Source: an uncultured bacterium
GTDB lineage: Bacteria > Verrucomicrobiota > Verrucomicrobiia > Verrucomicrobiales > DEV007
DNA: 64,000 bases
Direction: 5' to 3'
NCBI GenBank assembly: GCA_963977015.1
Contig: CAXBMO010000006.1
Location: 64,001-128,000, forward strand
Shown here: one piece after another, positions 50,245-60,490 of the stretch
Position numbering within the stretch: position 1 is the first letter of the stretch
How the letters are laid out: each line of letters begins with the position of its first letter
Position numbers and translations under genes: made by a program
The notes under the pieces: generated by a model
What the model saw: only the letters and a program-made list of their open reading frames with translations
Told to the model about the DNA's origin: nothing
Database searches by the model: none

Positions 50245-50658
50245 TTAAACACGCTTCCGACGCCGTTGCCAAGCAAGGAATCCGGTTGCGGCCAAGGCAA
50301 TGATGGCCCCAAAAAATTCCCGGGTCAGTTCGACTTCCGCATGATTGGGCGACATGCCGGACTTGGTCATCGTGAAGTGACCGCTTTGGAGATTGGCAAA
50401 GAATCCGGGGCCGGTTGTGATCAACTCGTAGATGCCATAGAGCGCAATCAGCGCATAGAGCGGCCAGGGAAACTTCTTCAACAGCGCCAGGAAAAATCCG
50501 ACCGCGACCAAACCGTAAAACACGATCCAGGCCCAAACATCAGCAAGGGATGGATCGACATAGATGTCGGGATTGTCATCTTCGTGCTGGAGCCAGGAAA
50601 ACCAGGCAAAGATGACAAGGCCAATGGCGTTCAGGGTAGGGAAGAGGAACTTCTTCAT
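50245..50658 (-). CDS. Small integral membrane protein (TMEM220-like)
   Basis: Four hydrophobic segments; 'Q...DNPD', 'REFFG'. Confidence 0.6.
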   Translation of the reverse strand: MKKFLFPTLNAIGLVIFAWFSWLQHEDDNPDIYVDPSLADVWAWIVFYGLVAVGFFLALLKKFPWPLYALIALYGIYELITTGPGFFANLQSGHFTMTKSGMSPNHAEVELTREFFGAIIALAATGFLAWQRRRKRV

Positions 50659-50840
50659 GCCTCTAATTTAGAGAGCTGTCCCCATTGTCGAGCGGCACTG
50701 CATCCGCGTTGTGGCAGTTGAGACCCTCTGTTTGAACCCGGCCTGGCGTCAGGGAGCCTGATTTCTCGGGAAATTGGTAACTTTGAACGGCTTACGGTGT
50801 CCAATTTCTGAACCTTTCAGAGAAGAAACAAGAAGACGAC

Positions 50841-51389
50841 GTGAGCGAAATAACTGACAACGAAAAGCACGAAGAGTTTATGCGGCTCTTTCTCAGCAAC
50901 GAACACGAGGTTCTGCGCTACGTCTTGGCCCTGGTCCCGAACCTTGCCGATGCACGGGACATCATTCAGGAAACGGCGGTTTCGTTGTGGAAACGCTTCG
51001 ACGATTACGACCCCGAGCAGCCGTTTGCGCCGTGGGCCTGTCGATTTGCGCTCAACAAAGTGCGCCACCATTGGCGGCGTGAAAAACGGCGCCAGCACCT
51101 CTTCGATGAAGAAACGATGGAATTTCTCGCAGCGCGCCGGACCGAACTCGCCGACGTGATGGACTATCGCCGCGAGTTTCTTCAGGAATGCCTCTGCAAG
51201 ATGCCGGAAAAATCGCGCTCCATTTTGACGGGCTACTACTTTCACGAGGAATCCGTGGAAGAGATTTCGGAAAAGACGGGTCGAACCGTCGAGGCAATTT
51301 ACAAAGCGCTCCAGCGCATCCGCCGTGGCCTGAGCCAATGCATCCAATATCGGATGGAGGCTGACTCCCAAGCGAAAACCGTAACATGA
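50841..51389 (+). CDS. ECF-type RNA polymerase sigma factor
   Basis: 'DARDIIQET..LW', 'F..WAC.FA.N', region 4 'AIYKALQRIRR.L..CI'. Confidence 0.92.
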   Translation: MSEITDNEKHEEFMRLFLSNEHEVLRYVLALVPNLADARDIIQETAVSLWKRFDDYDPEQPFAPWACRFALNKVRHHWRREKRRQHLFDEETMEFLAARRTELADVMDYRREFLQECLCKMPEKSRSILTGYYFHEESVEEISEKTGRTVEAIYKALQRIRRGLSQCIQYRMEADSQAKTVT

Positions 51390-52726
51390 AGTCGAACTCG
51401 CCAGAAATAGATGATCTCTTCTCCGCAGCCTGTGATGGGCGGGCGGATCAAGCGCAGATCGAGCGATTGCAGCGGGACCTCGCTCAGGATCCAGAGCTAC
51501 GGGACGAATTTCTCGCCTATGTGGACCTTCACGCGAGTTTGGCGGATGACTGCATTGGAGTGGACTCGGACGACGTGCTCGACTTTCCCGGTCCCGGAAA
51601 GTCCCAGCAGGGCCGCCAGGTCTTGATCGCCTCGATTGCGGGAATCGCCGCAGCCTTGGTTTTTGGGGTGATCTTTTGGGTTCTGACTCAGAGGGAAGCC
51701 GAGCCGAACTTCATCGCGGTGGTGACCAACGCTGAAGGAGCCCTTTGGGAGGGAGATGATGCGAGCGTAATGGTGGGATCGGCCTTGAAAGCTGGGCTGG
51801 TTGAGCTGTGCGAAGGTCGGGTTGAAATCGAGTTGGACAGTGGAGTTCACATCGCGATGGAAGGACCGTCGCGATTTGAATTGATCGATGAAACACGGGG
51901 CCGGCTTCATCAGGGCAAGCTTTCCGCGAACGTTCCGCCCGAGGGGATTGGATTTACGGTTGATACGCCAAACATGGCGGTCGTTGATTTGGGAACGGAG
52001 TTTGGCCTGAACGTGAACCAGAATGCTTCCGAGGTTCACGTGTTTAATGGCGAAGTTGAGGCGATCCTCAGCTCGGAACGGTCCATCGACCCGCTCAAGG
52101 AGCTGATCTCGACCAACGTCACCCGTCGGCTTGAGCGATCAGAAGGCCAACTCGAGACCGTAGCCTTCAACCCGGATCGCTTCACCAGACCTCCCGATTC
52201 CCTGCAGGGCGTTACCCGCGTGATGGGTGGAATCCGGGTTCTCCGAACGCAGCCGGAAACGGTCAGGAAGGGAACCTATCAGCACAACTACATCCTGCTT
52301 TTTCGGGAGCAGGCCCACATTGAGTTGGAAGATCCGCTCGAAGTGAGTTTAACGCGCCCGGGGCGCTACATCGTTGGGTTCGGCGAAGCAAACGGAAACG
52401 ATTTTCGCCATACCTTGAAAGTTGGCGAACGCATTGATTGCTACTTTTTGCACTTTGACACGGAAACGGAGGTCTCCACACGTTGCCGGGGTGCCATTCG
52501 CTTCGATCGGCAGATCGTCGCCGTGATCGCCGGAGGACGACAGATGGGAGCGACGGACGAGTTGCTTGGTGCCTGGTGCACGGCTTACGATCACCCCGAT
52601 ACACTTGATCGCGGTTTGGATAACGATGAAGTGGTGATCAGCGGCGATCGGCGAACCCTCACGCTCGATTGGGGAGTTGGTTCATCAGCCGATCAAATCC
52701 GCGTGCTCGTCGCGGCAGCCGATTGA
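51386..52726 (+). CDS. FecR-domain anti-sigma factor
   Basis: 4-bp overlap with the sigma gene; single TM helix; 'GFTVDTP...VVDLGTEFG', 'VHVFNGEVE'. Confidence 0.88.
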   Translation: MKSNSPEIDDLFSAACDGRADQAQIERLQRDLAQDPELRDEFLAYVDLHASLADDCIGVDSDDVLDFPGPGKSQQGRQVLIASIAGIAAALVFGVIFWVLTQREAEPNFIAVVTNAEGALWEGDDASVMVGSALKAGLVELCEGRVEIELDSGVHIAMEGPSRFELIDETRGRLHQGKLSANVPPEGIGFTVDTPNMAVVDLGTEFGLNVNQNASEVHVFNGEVEAILSSERSIDPLKELISTNVTRRLERSEGQLETVAFNPDRFTRPPDSLQGVTRVMGGIRVLRTQPETVRKGTYQHNYILLFREQAHIELEDPLEVSLTRPGRYIVGFGEANGNDFRHTLKVGERIDCYFLHFDTETEVSTRCRGAIRFDRQIVAVIAGGRQMGATDELLGAWCTAYDHPDTLDRGLDNDEVVISGDRRTLTLDWGVGSSADQIRVLVAAAD

Positions 52727-52744
52727 GCGGGGTTTGCCCGTTGC

Positions 52745-53860
52745 TCACGCCGGGATCTGCTGGGTGATGCAATGCACGCCGCCCCCACCTTTGGAAAGGA
52801 TCAAGCCGCTCACACCGATCACCTGGCGATCGGGAAACGCGTCGCGCAGAACTTCGAGCGCAGGTTCGTCAGCTTTCGGATTGTTCTCGGTCGGGACAAT
52901 CACGGCGCCGTTGCAGATGTAAAAATTCATGTGGGCGACGTGATCGGCGAGGGGCAGATCAATCACCTTGAGGCTTCTCCCGTTGGCGTCTTTGGATTTG
53001 AGAAGTCGTTGCTTCGCGTCAATGAGCCGTTTGTAGTTTGGGTCGCGACGGTCCTTGGTTTGATGGAGTAGGACCACGCCCGGTTTTGCGAAAGCGGCAA
53101 TCCCATCGACATGCCCATTGGTCACAGGATCGGGAGTCAGCCCCTTCGCAAGCCAGATGACGGTTTTGGCTCCCAGATAGTCTTTCAATTCCTGCTCGAC
53201 CTCCGCTTTCTTCATCCTGGGATTTCGATTGCGGTGCAAAAGGCATTCCTCAGTCGTGATCAGGGTTCCCTCGCCGTCCTGCAAAACTCCGCCTCCTTCC
53301 AAAACCAGCGAAGAAACATACATCTTGGATTGGAAGTGAGCGGCGAGCCTCGCTTTGAGAAGCGCGTCGTCGTGATAGGGCGGAAACTTGCCCCCCCAAC
53401 CATTAAAGGTGAAACCCGCGACTCGGCGTTCGTTACCCGGGCCTTTGAGGAACATCGGGCCGGAGTCGCGCGCCCAACCGTCGTTCACCGGTAGTTGGAT
53501 TTTCGTGATGGTGGAACTCAGCAACGTGTCGGCAATCGCCTTGTCCGGTGGATTGATCACCATCGTCAACGGCTCAAACTGGCTGATGGTATTGGCAACG
53601 GTGGCCCATTCCTTTCGGGCATCATCCAAACCATAGCCCTTCCAATTCTGGGCGGGCACGAAGACCATGATCGTCCCGCGATGGCGCTCCCATTCGCCCG
53701 GCATTCGAAACCCTCCCTGAAGTGGAGTCTCGCCATGAATCAACTCAGCGTCTGTGGCCGAGTAGTCCGGCGGAGACGGGGATTTGGCATGCAAAGGAGG
53801 CATGTCGGCCATCGACGCACTCGAACAGACTCCCAATTTAACGAAGCGACGACGGTACAT
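52745..53860 (-). CDS. Agmatine deiminase / peptidylarginine deiminase family protein
   Basis: 'RMPGEWE', 'WARDSGP', 'LEGG', 'GHVD', 'GGGVHCITQQIP'; N-terminal RRRF. Confidence 0.9.
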   Translation of the reverse strand: MYRRRFVKLGVCSSASMADMPPLHAKSPSPPDYSATDAELIHGETPLQGGFRMPGEWERHRGTIMVFVPAQNWKGYGLDDARKEWATVANTISQFEPLTMVINPPDKAIADTLLSSTITKIQLPVNDGWARDSGPMFLKGPGNERRVAGFTFNGWGGKFPPYHDDALLKARLAAHFQSKMYVSSLVLEGGGVLQDGEGTLITTEECLLHRNRNPRMKKAEVEQELKDYLGAKTVIWLAKGLTPDPVTNGHVDGIAAFAKPGVVLLHQTKDRRDPNYKRLIDAKQRLLKSKDANGRSLKVIDLPLADHVAHMNFYICNGAVIVPTENNPKADEPALEVLRDAFPDRQVIGVSGLILSKGGGGVHCITQQIPA

Positions 53861-53923
53861 GGGCGGGTGAGGAACGTTGGGATGGGGAAAAGGCGAGGGG
53901 GGGGCGCGCCGATGATGAGAGAG

Positions 53924-53998
53924 TGGCGTCCCCGAGTGGAATCGAACCACTATCTAAAGTTTAGGAAACTCTTGTTCTATCCGTTGAACTACGGGGAC
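53924..53998 (-). tRNA. tRNA-Arg(CCT)
   Basis: GTCCCCGTAGTTCAACGGATAGAACAAGAGTTTCCTAAACTTTAGATAGTGGTTCGATTCCACTCGGGGACGCCA; cloverleaf, anticodon CCT, encoded CCA. Confidence 0.96.
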
Positions 53999-54127
53999 TC
54001 ACGGATTGGCCGGAAAGTATCACTTGCTGGAGAGGAATTCAATCTTTCCTCAGTGGATCGATTCCTGTCTGGACAGTGCTTCCTGAGAACCAAGATCAGG
54101 AAAGCTTTGGAGCAAACGGCCTCTAAT

Positions 54128-54496
54128 CTAAAGCCCGAAAATCAAATCCAACAAATCTTCCAAGAGGCCACCGTCATCATCGTCGTCGTCCTCAGGTTCA
54201 CTTTCCCCTGAATCACTCTCCAAGGTTCCCAACAGACCACCAGGGTCCGTATCAAGGACGGTTTCCAGTTGGGAAGGAGTCAAGACAGAAAGGGTCATTG
54301 CCAACTTCTCCGCATAGTTCATGTATTGAGATGCGCTGCCGCCCGTGTCGGAAGCGATTGCTGCTGCGATCGTGGATACGGCCGCCTCGTTCTCACTGGC
54401 TGAAACCTGACCCATGGCACAGAGAAGCACGACAAGCCCAGCCAGAAAACTCCGGTGGGCTTGGGAAAGAGCTGCTGCTGGTTGGTGAAGGGTCAT
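54128..54496 (-). CDS. Small secreted hypothetical protein with acidic C-terminus
   Basis: Signal-like 'FLAGLVVLLCAMGQVSA'; tail EPEDDDDDDGGLLEDLLDLIFGL. Confidence 0.55.
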   Translation of the reverse strand: MTLHQPAAALSQAHRSFLAGLVVLLCAMGQVSASENEAAVSTIAAAIASDTGGSASQYMNYAEKLAMTLSVLTPSQLETVLDTDPGGLLGTLESDSGESEPEDDDDDDGGLLEDLLDLIFGL

Positions 54497-54642
54497 TGAG
54501 GAATGGAAAACGAAAATATGGGATTTGTTTTATTCTAGAATAACGGGAGCAAGAAGCAATTATTTTGTTATAGAAATTATAACAAATATAAACGCGGCGG
54601 GGAGAATCAGGTTTTCTCAACCATGTTGACTCCCGTTCTTGG

Positions 54643-55122
54643 CTACTGCCCTTCGGGCTTGTAGGCGAGGCGGAGTTCGGAGGCGCCGCTAAGAATCTCA
54701 AGATACTGGCTGGCAAACTCAATCTCCTCGTCAGAGAGCGTGGGAATACTGAAGACTTCTCCGGAAAGTGGCCCTTCTGTTACCGTAACTCCCTCACGCA
54801 GAAGTCTCACCGTTGCTTCTTTGCCGCCCAATGACGGTGGAAAAACATGAATGGAGCCCAGCACGGCGAGTGAGGCTGAAACGGAGGCAATGTTTTGGGC
54901 GTTCGTGCGATCTCGTGATTCGTTGGCAGAATCGTTGATCCGGCTGATCGTCGGTACTGCCACAGACGTCAGGATTCCGATGATCGCGACAACGACAAGA
55001 AGTTCAGTCAGGGAAAATCCACCGCGTACTTTCGAGAAACGACGAAAACCCAGCGTCGAATGCGAAGCGGCATCCTTTTCAGAAGGTTGTGTGGGAATTT
55101 GAACTGGGAATTTCAGTTGCAA
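54643..55122 (-). CDS. Prepilin-type N-terminal cleavage/methylation protein
   Basis: 'RGG|FSLTELLVVVAIIGIL' class III signal peptide; start uncertain. Confidence 0.85.
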   Translation of the reverse strand: MQLKFPVQIPTQPSEKDAASHSTLGFRRFSKVRGGFSLTELLVVVAIIGILTSVAVPTISRINDSANESRDRTNAQNIASVSASLAVLGSIHVFPPSLGGKEATVRLLREGVTVTEGPLSGEVFSIPTLSDEEIEFASQYLEILSGASELRLAYKPEGQ

Positions 55123-55315
55123 GGTGCTGGACTGAATTGGGCTATGACTTTTTGAATATCAATCGGATACGCGAACTTACCTAAGGTGTGCAAGAAATTC
55201 AACTTCTCGAAATTATTAATTATTTCAGAAGTTCTATGGTGAATTGCGAAGATTGGCGGGAGGCGAGCAAGCGCTGGTCGTCTGTTCGACCGTTTTAAAA
55301 GGGATGCTTGTACGC

Positions 55316-55348
55316 AAAAAAACGGCCTTCCCCGAAAGGAAGACCGTT
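55316..55348 (-). terminator. Rho-independent terminator of ilvC
   Basis: Minus strand AACGGTCTTCC-TTTCGG-GGAAGGCCGTT followed by a T run. Confidence 0.8.
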
Positions 55349-55390
55349 CATTGTAAATTTAATGAAATTTATAACAAGCTGAAATTCAGC

Positions 55391-56419
55391 TTAGCTGTAG
55401 GAAGCTTGAGCGCCTTTCAAGTTGCGCTTCTTCACCCACGGCATGCGATCGCGAAGTCGCTTGCCAACTTTCTCGATATCGTGAGCTGCTCCTTCTTTGC
55501 GCAACGCATTGAAGTTCTGACAGCCGCTGTTGTATTCTTCCATCCATTCCTTGGCGAATTTGCCGGTCTGGATCGTCTTCAGCGCCTTCTCCATTTTCTT
55601 CTTCACGCTGGCATCGATGATCTTTGGACCAACGGTCACGTCGCCATACTCCGCCGTTTCGGAGATGGAGAAGCGCATTCCGCTGATTCCGGATTCGTTG
55701 ATCAAATCGACGATCAGCTTCATCTCGTGCAAACACTCGAAGTAAGCCATCTCAGGCTGGTAACCAGCTTCGACCAACACTTCGTAACCAGCCTTGATCA
55801 GGGCGCTGACGCCACCGCAAAGCACGGTCTGCTCACCAAACAAGTCAGTCTCGGTCTCTTCCTTGAAGTCCGTTTGGAAAACACCGGCGCGGGTTCCGCC
55901 GATTCCCTTGGCCCAGGCCAAAGCGATTTTCTTGGCGGACTTGTTCGCATCCTGATAAATGGCGATCAGGGTTGGAACCCCTTTGCCTTCGAGATACTGG
56001 CTGCGGACGGTGTGACCAGGTCCCTTGGGAGCAACCATGATCACGTTGATGTTTTCCGGTGGCTTGACGAAGCCAAAGTGAACTGCAAACCCGTGACTGA
56101 ACAAGAGCGTCTGGCCGTCTTTCAGATTCGGAGCAACGTCCTCCTCGAAGATTGCCGGGATCTTGGTGTCAGGGACAGCCATGAAGATGACGTCTGCTTT
56201 TTTGACTGCCTCGGCAGTGTCATAGACTTTGAATCCGAGCTCTTCGGCGACTGGAACCGACTTGCTCTTCGAATAGAGTCCGATGATGACCTTCAACCCG
56301 CTATCTTTTAGGTTAAGCGCGTGGGCGTGTCCTTGCGAACCAAAGCCGATAACCGCACAGGTTTTACCCTTGAGGTGCATGAGGTCGGCGTCTTTGTCCG
56401 TGTAGATCTTGGCTGGCAT
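55391..56419 (-). CDS. ilvC: Ketol-acid reductoisomerase
   Basis: '[14 protein letters not shown]', 'APKGPGH', '[13 protein letters not shown]', 'AYFECLHE'. Confidence 0.97.
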   Translation of the reverse strand: MPAKIYTDKDADLMHLKGKTCAVIGFGSQGHAHALNLKDSGLKVIIGLYSKSKSVPVAEELGFKVYDTAEAVKKADVIFMAVPDTKIPAIFEEDVAPNLKDGQTLLFSHGFAVHFGFVKPPENINVIMVAPKGPGHTVRSQYLEGKGVPTLIAIYQDANKSAKKIALAWAKGIGGTRAGVFQTDFKEETETDLFGEQTVLCGGVSALIKAGYEVLVEAGYQPEMAYFECLHEMKLIVDLINESGISGMRFSISETAEYGDVTVGPKIIDASVKKKMEKALKTIQTGKFAKEWMEEYNSGCQNFNALRKEGAAHDIEKVGKRLRDRMPWVKKRNLKGAQASYS

Positions 56420-56678
56420 GAGTATTGTTAGTTTGTGAGTTGGCCTCAGGAAAAAAAGGGCCTCACAGTTGATGCGAACACGATATTGGTCAACCGATAA
56501 GAAATTTTTCGGAGCGGAAGTGCAAAATAGTCGAAATCCACAGGGATTCACCAACGCACCATTTCAGGAGATTGCGAGGGAGTAGGTTGACATGTGAGGG
56601 TTTGAAACTTAACTCTTCCGAACTAACTCGGCCCTCCCCGGTCCCGTTTTTTCACCCTTCAATCCCTGACTTTCGCTT

Positions 56679-58634
56679 ATGCCCGCAACTCCCGACACCG
56701 GTTCTCCCATGAACATGATGTATGGAGACTGGTTTCTCGATTACGCCTCCTACGTCATTCTGGAACGTGCTGTTCCCCATTTGAACGATGGCCTGAAGCC
56801 GGTGCAGCGCCGGATTCTCCATTCGTTGCGTGAGAAAGACGATGGCCGGTTCCACAAGGTCGCGAACATTGTCGGCCACACGATGCAGTACCATCCTCAT
56901 GGTGATGCTTCGATCGGCGATGCCCTGACACAGCTTGGTCAGAAGAACCTCCTCATCGATACGCAGGGGAACTGGGGCAACATCCTCACCGGCGACAATG
57001 CGGCCGCTCCGCGTTACATCGAGTGTAAGCTTTCCAAGTTCGCGCTCGAGGTGGCCTTCAACGCGAAGACGACCACGTGGGCAGCTTCCTACGATGGACG
57101 GAACAAGGAGCCGGTTACGCTTCCGATGAAGTTCCCGCTGGTTTTGGCGCAGGGCGTCGAAGGGATCGCCGTTGGTCTTGCCTGCAAGATTTTGCCCCAC
57201 AACTTTATCGAGCTGATTGATGCTTCCATCGCCGCGCTCAAGAAGGAAGACTTTGAACTGTTTCCGGACTTTGCGCAGGGCGGGACGATGGACGTCTCCG
57301 AATACAACGACGGCCTTCGTGGCGGACGCGTTCGGGTGCGCGCCAAAATCGAGACCACGAAGAAGCGCTTGCTCACGATTCGAGAGATTCCGTTCGGCAC
57401 GACGACGACCAGTCTGATGGCCTCAATCGCGGACGCCAATTCCAAGGGCAAGATCGACATCATGAAGGTGGAGGATCTCACCTCCGACACGGTTGAGCTG
57501 CAGATTCATCTTCCTTCCGCGGCCGATCCCGATACGACGATCAAGGCACTCTACGCCTTCTCCGATTGTGAGGTTTCGATTTCCCCGAACTCCTGCATCA
57601 TCGAGGACAACAAGCCCAAGTTTCTCGGGGTTAAGGAGATCTTGCGCCGTAGCGCGTTCGAGACTCGCAGCCTGCTCAAACAGGAGTTGGAAATCACCCT
57701 GGGCGAGTTGGAAGACAAATGGCACTTCTCGTCTCTCGAAAAGATCTTCATCGAGAATCGCATCTATCGCCGGATTGAGGAGTGCGAAACCTGGGAAGCC
57801 GTGATCGACGAAATCTGGACCGGTTTGAAGCCGTTCCTGCACCTTCTGAAACGCGAAGTGGTCGAGGATGACATCATCCGGCTCACGGAAATCAGAATCA
57901 AGCGGATCTCCAAATACGACAGCTTCAAAGCCGACGAATACATTCGTGGGCTCGAAGATCGGATCGCCGAAACCAAGCGGCATCTCCGCAACCTCACGGC
58001 GTATGCCGTCTCCTGGTATGAGGGGCTCAAGGAGCGCTACGGCAATGGGCGCGAACGCAAGACCGAGCTGGGCAGCTTCTCCAAAGTCGTTGCCCGCAAA
58101 GTCGCCGTCGCCAACCTGACCCTTTTCATCAACCGCAAAGACGGCTTCGTCGGTTACGGGTTGAAGAAGGACGAGGAAATCGGACCCTGTTCCCAGATCG
58201 ACGACATCATCGCCTTCTCTCGCGATGGAACCATGCGCGTCGTTCGCAATGCGGAAAAAGTCTTCATCGGCCAGAACAACCTCCACTGCGCCGTTTTCCA
58301 CAGCGATGAGCCCACGATCTACAACATGATCTATCGCGATGGCCGGGATGGTCCGGTTTATGCCAAGCGCTTCCAGGTCTCCGGAATCACCCGCGAAAAA
58401 GTTTACGAGCTGACCAAGGGCAACCCCAACTCGCGCGTTCTCCACTTTTCCGTTCACGAGAACGAGGAAGCCTCGCAGGCGGTCAAGCTTCGGGTCTACC
58501 TCAAGCCCGCGCCGCGCCTTCGCGTTCTGGAACTCGACTTCGATTTTGCGGACATCGCCATCAAAGGTCGCCAGACCCAGGGCAACATCATCACCAAAAA
58601 CGGAGTCGATCGGGTCGTCCGAGCGCCGAAGTAG
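56679..58634 (+). CDS. parC: Type IIA topoisomerase subunit A (topoisomerase IV ParC-like, short form)
   Basis: 'DGLKPVQRRIL', 'YHPHGD', catalytic 'AAPRYIE'; no GyrA-box recognised. Confidence 0.85.
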   Translation: MPATPDTGSPMNMMYGDWFLDYASYVILERAVPHLNDGLKPVQRRILHSLREKDDGRFHKVANIVGHTMQYHPHGDASIGDALTQLGQKNLLIDTQGNWGNILTGDNAAAPRYIECKLSKFALEVAFNAKTTTWAASYDGRNKEPVTLPMKFPLVLAQGVEGIAVGLACKILPHNFIELIDASIAALKKEDFELFPDFAQGGTMDVSEYNDGLRGGRVRVRAKIETTKKRLLTIREIPFGTTTTSLMASIADANSKGKIDIMKVEDLTSDTVELQIHLPSAADPDTTIKALYAFSDCEVSISPNSCIIEDNKPKFLGVKEILRRSAFETRSLLKQELEITLGELEDKWHFSSLEKIFIENRIYRRIEECETWEAVIDEIWTGLKPFLHLLKREVVEDDIIRLTEIRIKRISKYDSFKADEYIRGLEDRIAETKRHLRNLTAYAVSWYEGLKERYGNGRERKTELGSFSKVVARKVAVANLTLFINRKDGFVGYGLKKDEEIGPCSQIDDIIAFSRDGTMRVVRNAEKVFIGQNNLHCAVFHSDEPTIYNMIYRDGRDGPVYAKRFQVSGITREKVYELTKGNPNSRVLHFSVHENEEASQAVKLRVYLKPAPRLRVLELDFDFADIAIKGRQTQGNIITKNGVDRVVRAPK

Positions 58635-58673
58635 GCTTGACGCAGACCTCACACTGCGCCCAAGTCGCCGGTC

Positions 58674-59474
58674 ATGCCAAACCCCGGGGATTCAGAATTT
58701 GCCGAATTTGTTCGCGACCACAGCGATTGGAATCCGGCATTCGCCATCGTCTTGGGATCGGGCTTGGGCGGTCTTGTCGATCGGTTCGAATTGCTTGAGG
58801 AAGTTCGCTATGATGACATTGATGGTCTTCACACGAGCCGGGTTCCCGGTCACTCGGGCCGATTCGTCCTCGTTCGCCATGGCGAAAGCCAGCTTCTCAT
58901 CGCGCAAGGGCGCGTTCATCTCTACGAAGGGTTGTCCGCCTATCAGGCCACAGCAATTGTCCGCGCAGTCGCCGCGTTAGGGGTCAAAGCGGTGATGCTG
59001 ACGAACGCCGCCGGTGCCATCAACCCGGACTTTCAGCTTCCCGGCTGGATGGGGATCACCGATCACATCAATTTTACGGGAACGTCGCCACTTGTCGGGC
59101 ATCCCAGTTTCGTCGACCTTTCCGAGGCTTACGATCGCGAGTTGTTGCAGAAAACCCGGCTCCTCGCCGACGAGCACAAGATCGCGTATGCCGAAGGTGT
59201 TTACGCTGGCGTGCTTGGTCCCCAGTACGAAACGCCGGCTGAGGTGCGGATGTTGCGCACGCTGGGCGCCGATGCGGTTGGGATGTCGACCGTATTGGAA
59301 GCGATCGAGGCGAGAGCCCAGGAAATGCGCGTGCTGGGACTCTCCTGCCTCACCAATTGGGGGGCTGGAATCTCGACCGAGAATCTCAGTCACGCCGATG
59401 TTGTGCAACGGGGCGACACGGCGGTGGATGATTTGGAGAGAATCGTGCGAAGCCTCGTCGAAAGCGTTTCATGA
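58674..59474 (+). CDS. Purine-nucleoside phosphorylase
   Basis: 'VLGSGLG', 'GRVHLYEG', 'TNAAG', 'GPQYETPAE', 'VGMSTV'. Confidence 0.93.
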   Translation: MPNPGDSEFAEFVRDHSDWNPAFAIVLGSGLGGLVDRFELLEEVRYDDIDGLHTSRVPGHSGRFVLVRHGESQLLIAQGRVHLYEGLSAYQATAIVRAVAALGVKAVMLTNAAGAINPDFQLPGWMGITDHINFTGTSPLVGHPSFVDLSEAYDRELLQKTRLLADEHKIAYAEGVYAGVLGPQYETPAEVRMLRTLGADAVGMSTVLEAIEARAQEMRVLGLSCLTNWGAGISTENLSHADVVQRGDTAVDDLERIVRSLVESVS

Positions 59475-60278
59475 TGCCTTGACGATCTGCCGAACCGCTT
59501 CTCCCGCCGCGACCAAACCAAACGTCCCCGTAACGAAGGAGGCCGTTCCCAGTCCGGAATCGCAATTGAGCCGCGACTCGCTGCCGGGTTCGCTCGCTTC
59601 GCAAACCGTCCCGTCCGACCATGGAAACACTGCGTTTTCGCTCGAATACACCGCCGCGATCTCGAAGCTCACCGTCTCACTGGGCGAAAACCCGAATCCG
59701 CGCTTCAGCTCTCGTCGAACCGCGCGCAACAGCCGATCGTTCGTTGCGTCGCGCAAATCCGCAACCTTCACCGCGGTTGGATCGCTTTTTCCGCCCGCAC
59801 CGCCACACGTAACAACCGATCGCCCGCGTTCACGACATTTGGCGAGAAGCAGGCACTTGTGCTCCAGCGCATCGATCGCATCGATCACCACGTCGTAGTC
59901 TGGGGCCAGCAACGCGTCCGCATTCGTCGAGGTGAAGAACGCTTCCTCAGCAATCACCTCGCAATCCGGGTGAATCGTCGCCACGCGCTTCGCCATCACT
60001 GTGACCTTTGAGCGCCCAATTTCTCCGTCCAACGCGTGAAGCTGCCGATTCACGTTCGTGATGCAGATGTCATCCAAATCAATCATCGTAATCCGGCCGA
60101 TGCCGCTGCGCGCCAGCGCCTCGACCACCCAGGAACCAACGCCGCCGATTCCCGCGACACAAACGTGCGCATTCCGCAGTCTGGAAAGCGTGTCGCCTCC
60201 GTATAACCTGCCAAGTCCGCTAAAACGGTCCGTGTAATCGGTGTCTTCGCTTGCCTGTTGTTTGCGAGAATCTGTCAT
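59469..60278 (-). CDS. tcdA: tRNA threonylcarbamoyladenosine dehydratase (ThiF family)
   Basis: 'GIGGVGSW..EALARSG', 'DDICITNVNRQ', 'DAID', 'GGAGGKSDP'. Confidence 0.92.
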   Translation of the reverse strand: MTDSRKQQASEDTDYTDRFSGLGRLYGGDTLSRLRNAHVCVAGIGGVGSWVVEALARSGIGRITMIDLDDICITNVNRQLHALDGEIGRSKVTVMAKRVATIHPDCEVIAEEAFFTSTNADALLAPDYDVVIDAIDALEHKCLLLAKCRERGRSVVTCGGAGGKSDPTAVKVADLRDATNDRLLRAVRRELKRGFGFSPSETVSFEIAAVYSSENAVFPWSDGTVCEASEPGSESRLNCDSGLGTASFVTGTFGLVAAGEAVRQIVKAS

Positions 60279-60339
60279 GCTCACATTTTGTTCGTTGTAA
60301 TTTAGAAGTAGTTTGGAATTTTTCGTCCTGACATGCCTT
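60258..60339 (+). repeat. 82-bp direct repeat, left copy
   Basis: 80/82 identical to 61319-61400. Confidence 0.95.
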
Positions 60340-60381
60340 GTAACCCGCGCCATGTGGCAAGGCGGGCTATAATCACGCGAG

Positions 60382-60410
60382 TAATGTCCTAATTTCAAAT
60401 TAGGGCATTA
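60382..60410. promoter_or_regulatory. 29-bp palindrome (operator or recombination-site-like)
   Basis: TAATGTCCTAATTT-C-AAATTAGGGCATTA, just downstream of TATAAT (60368-60373). Confidence 0.6.
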
Positions 60411-60490
60411 GCGAAAGCGTGAGCACAAGACGTGTTCCTAACAGCACCAGATTAGGTTGTCAGGTTTTCGATCTTGGACGAGGTTAACCG

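Noticed and set aside
53924-55390. tRNA-anchored genomic island
   Set aside because: The AT-rich patch lies 5' of the tRNA, no duplicate of the tRNA 3' end was found by eye, and there is no integrase
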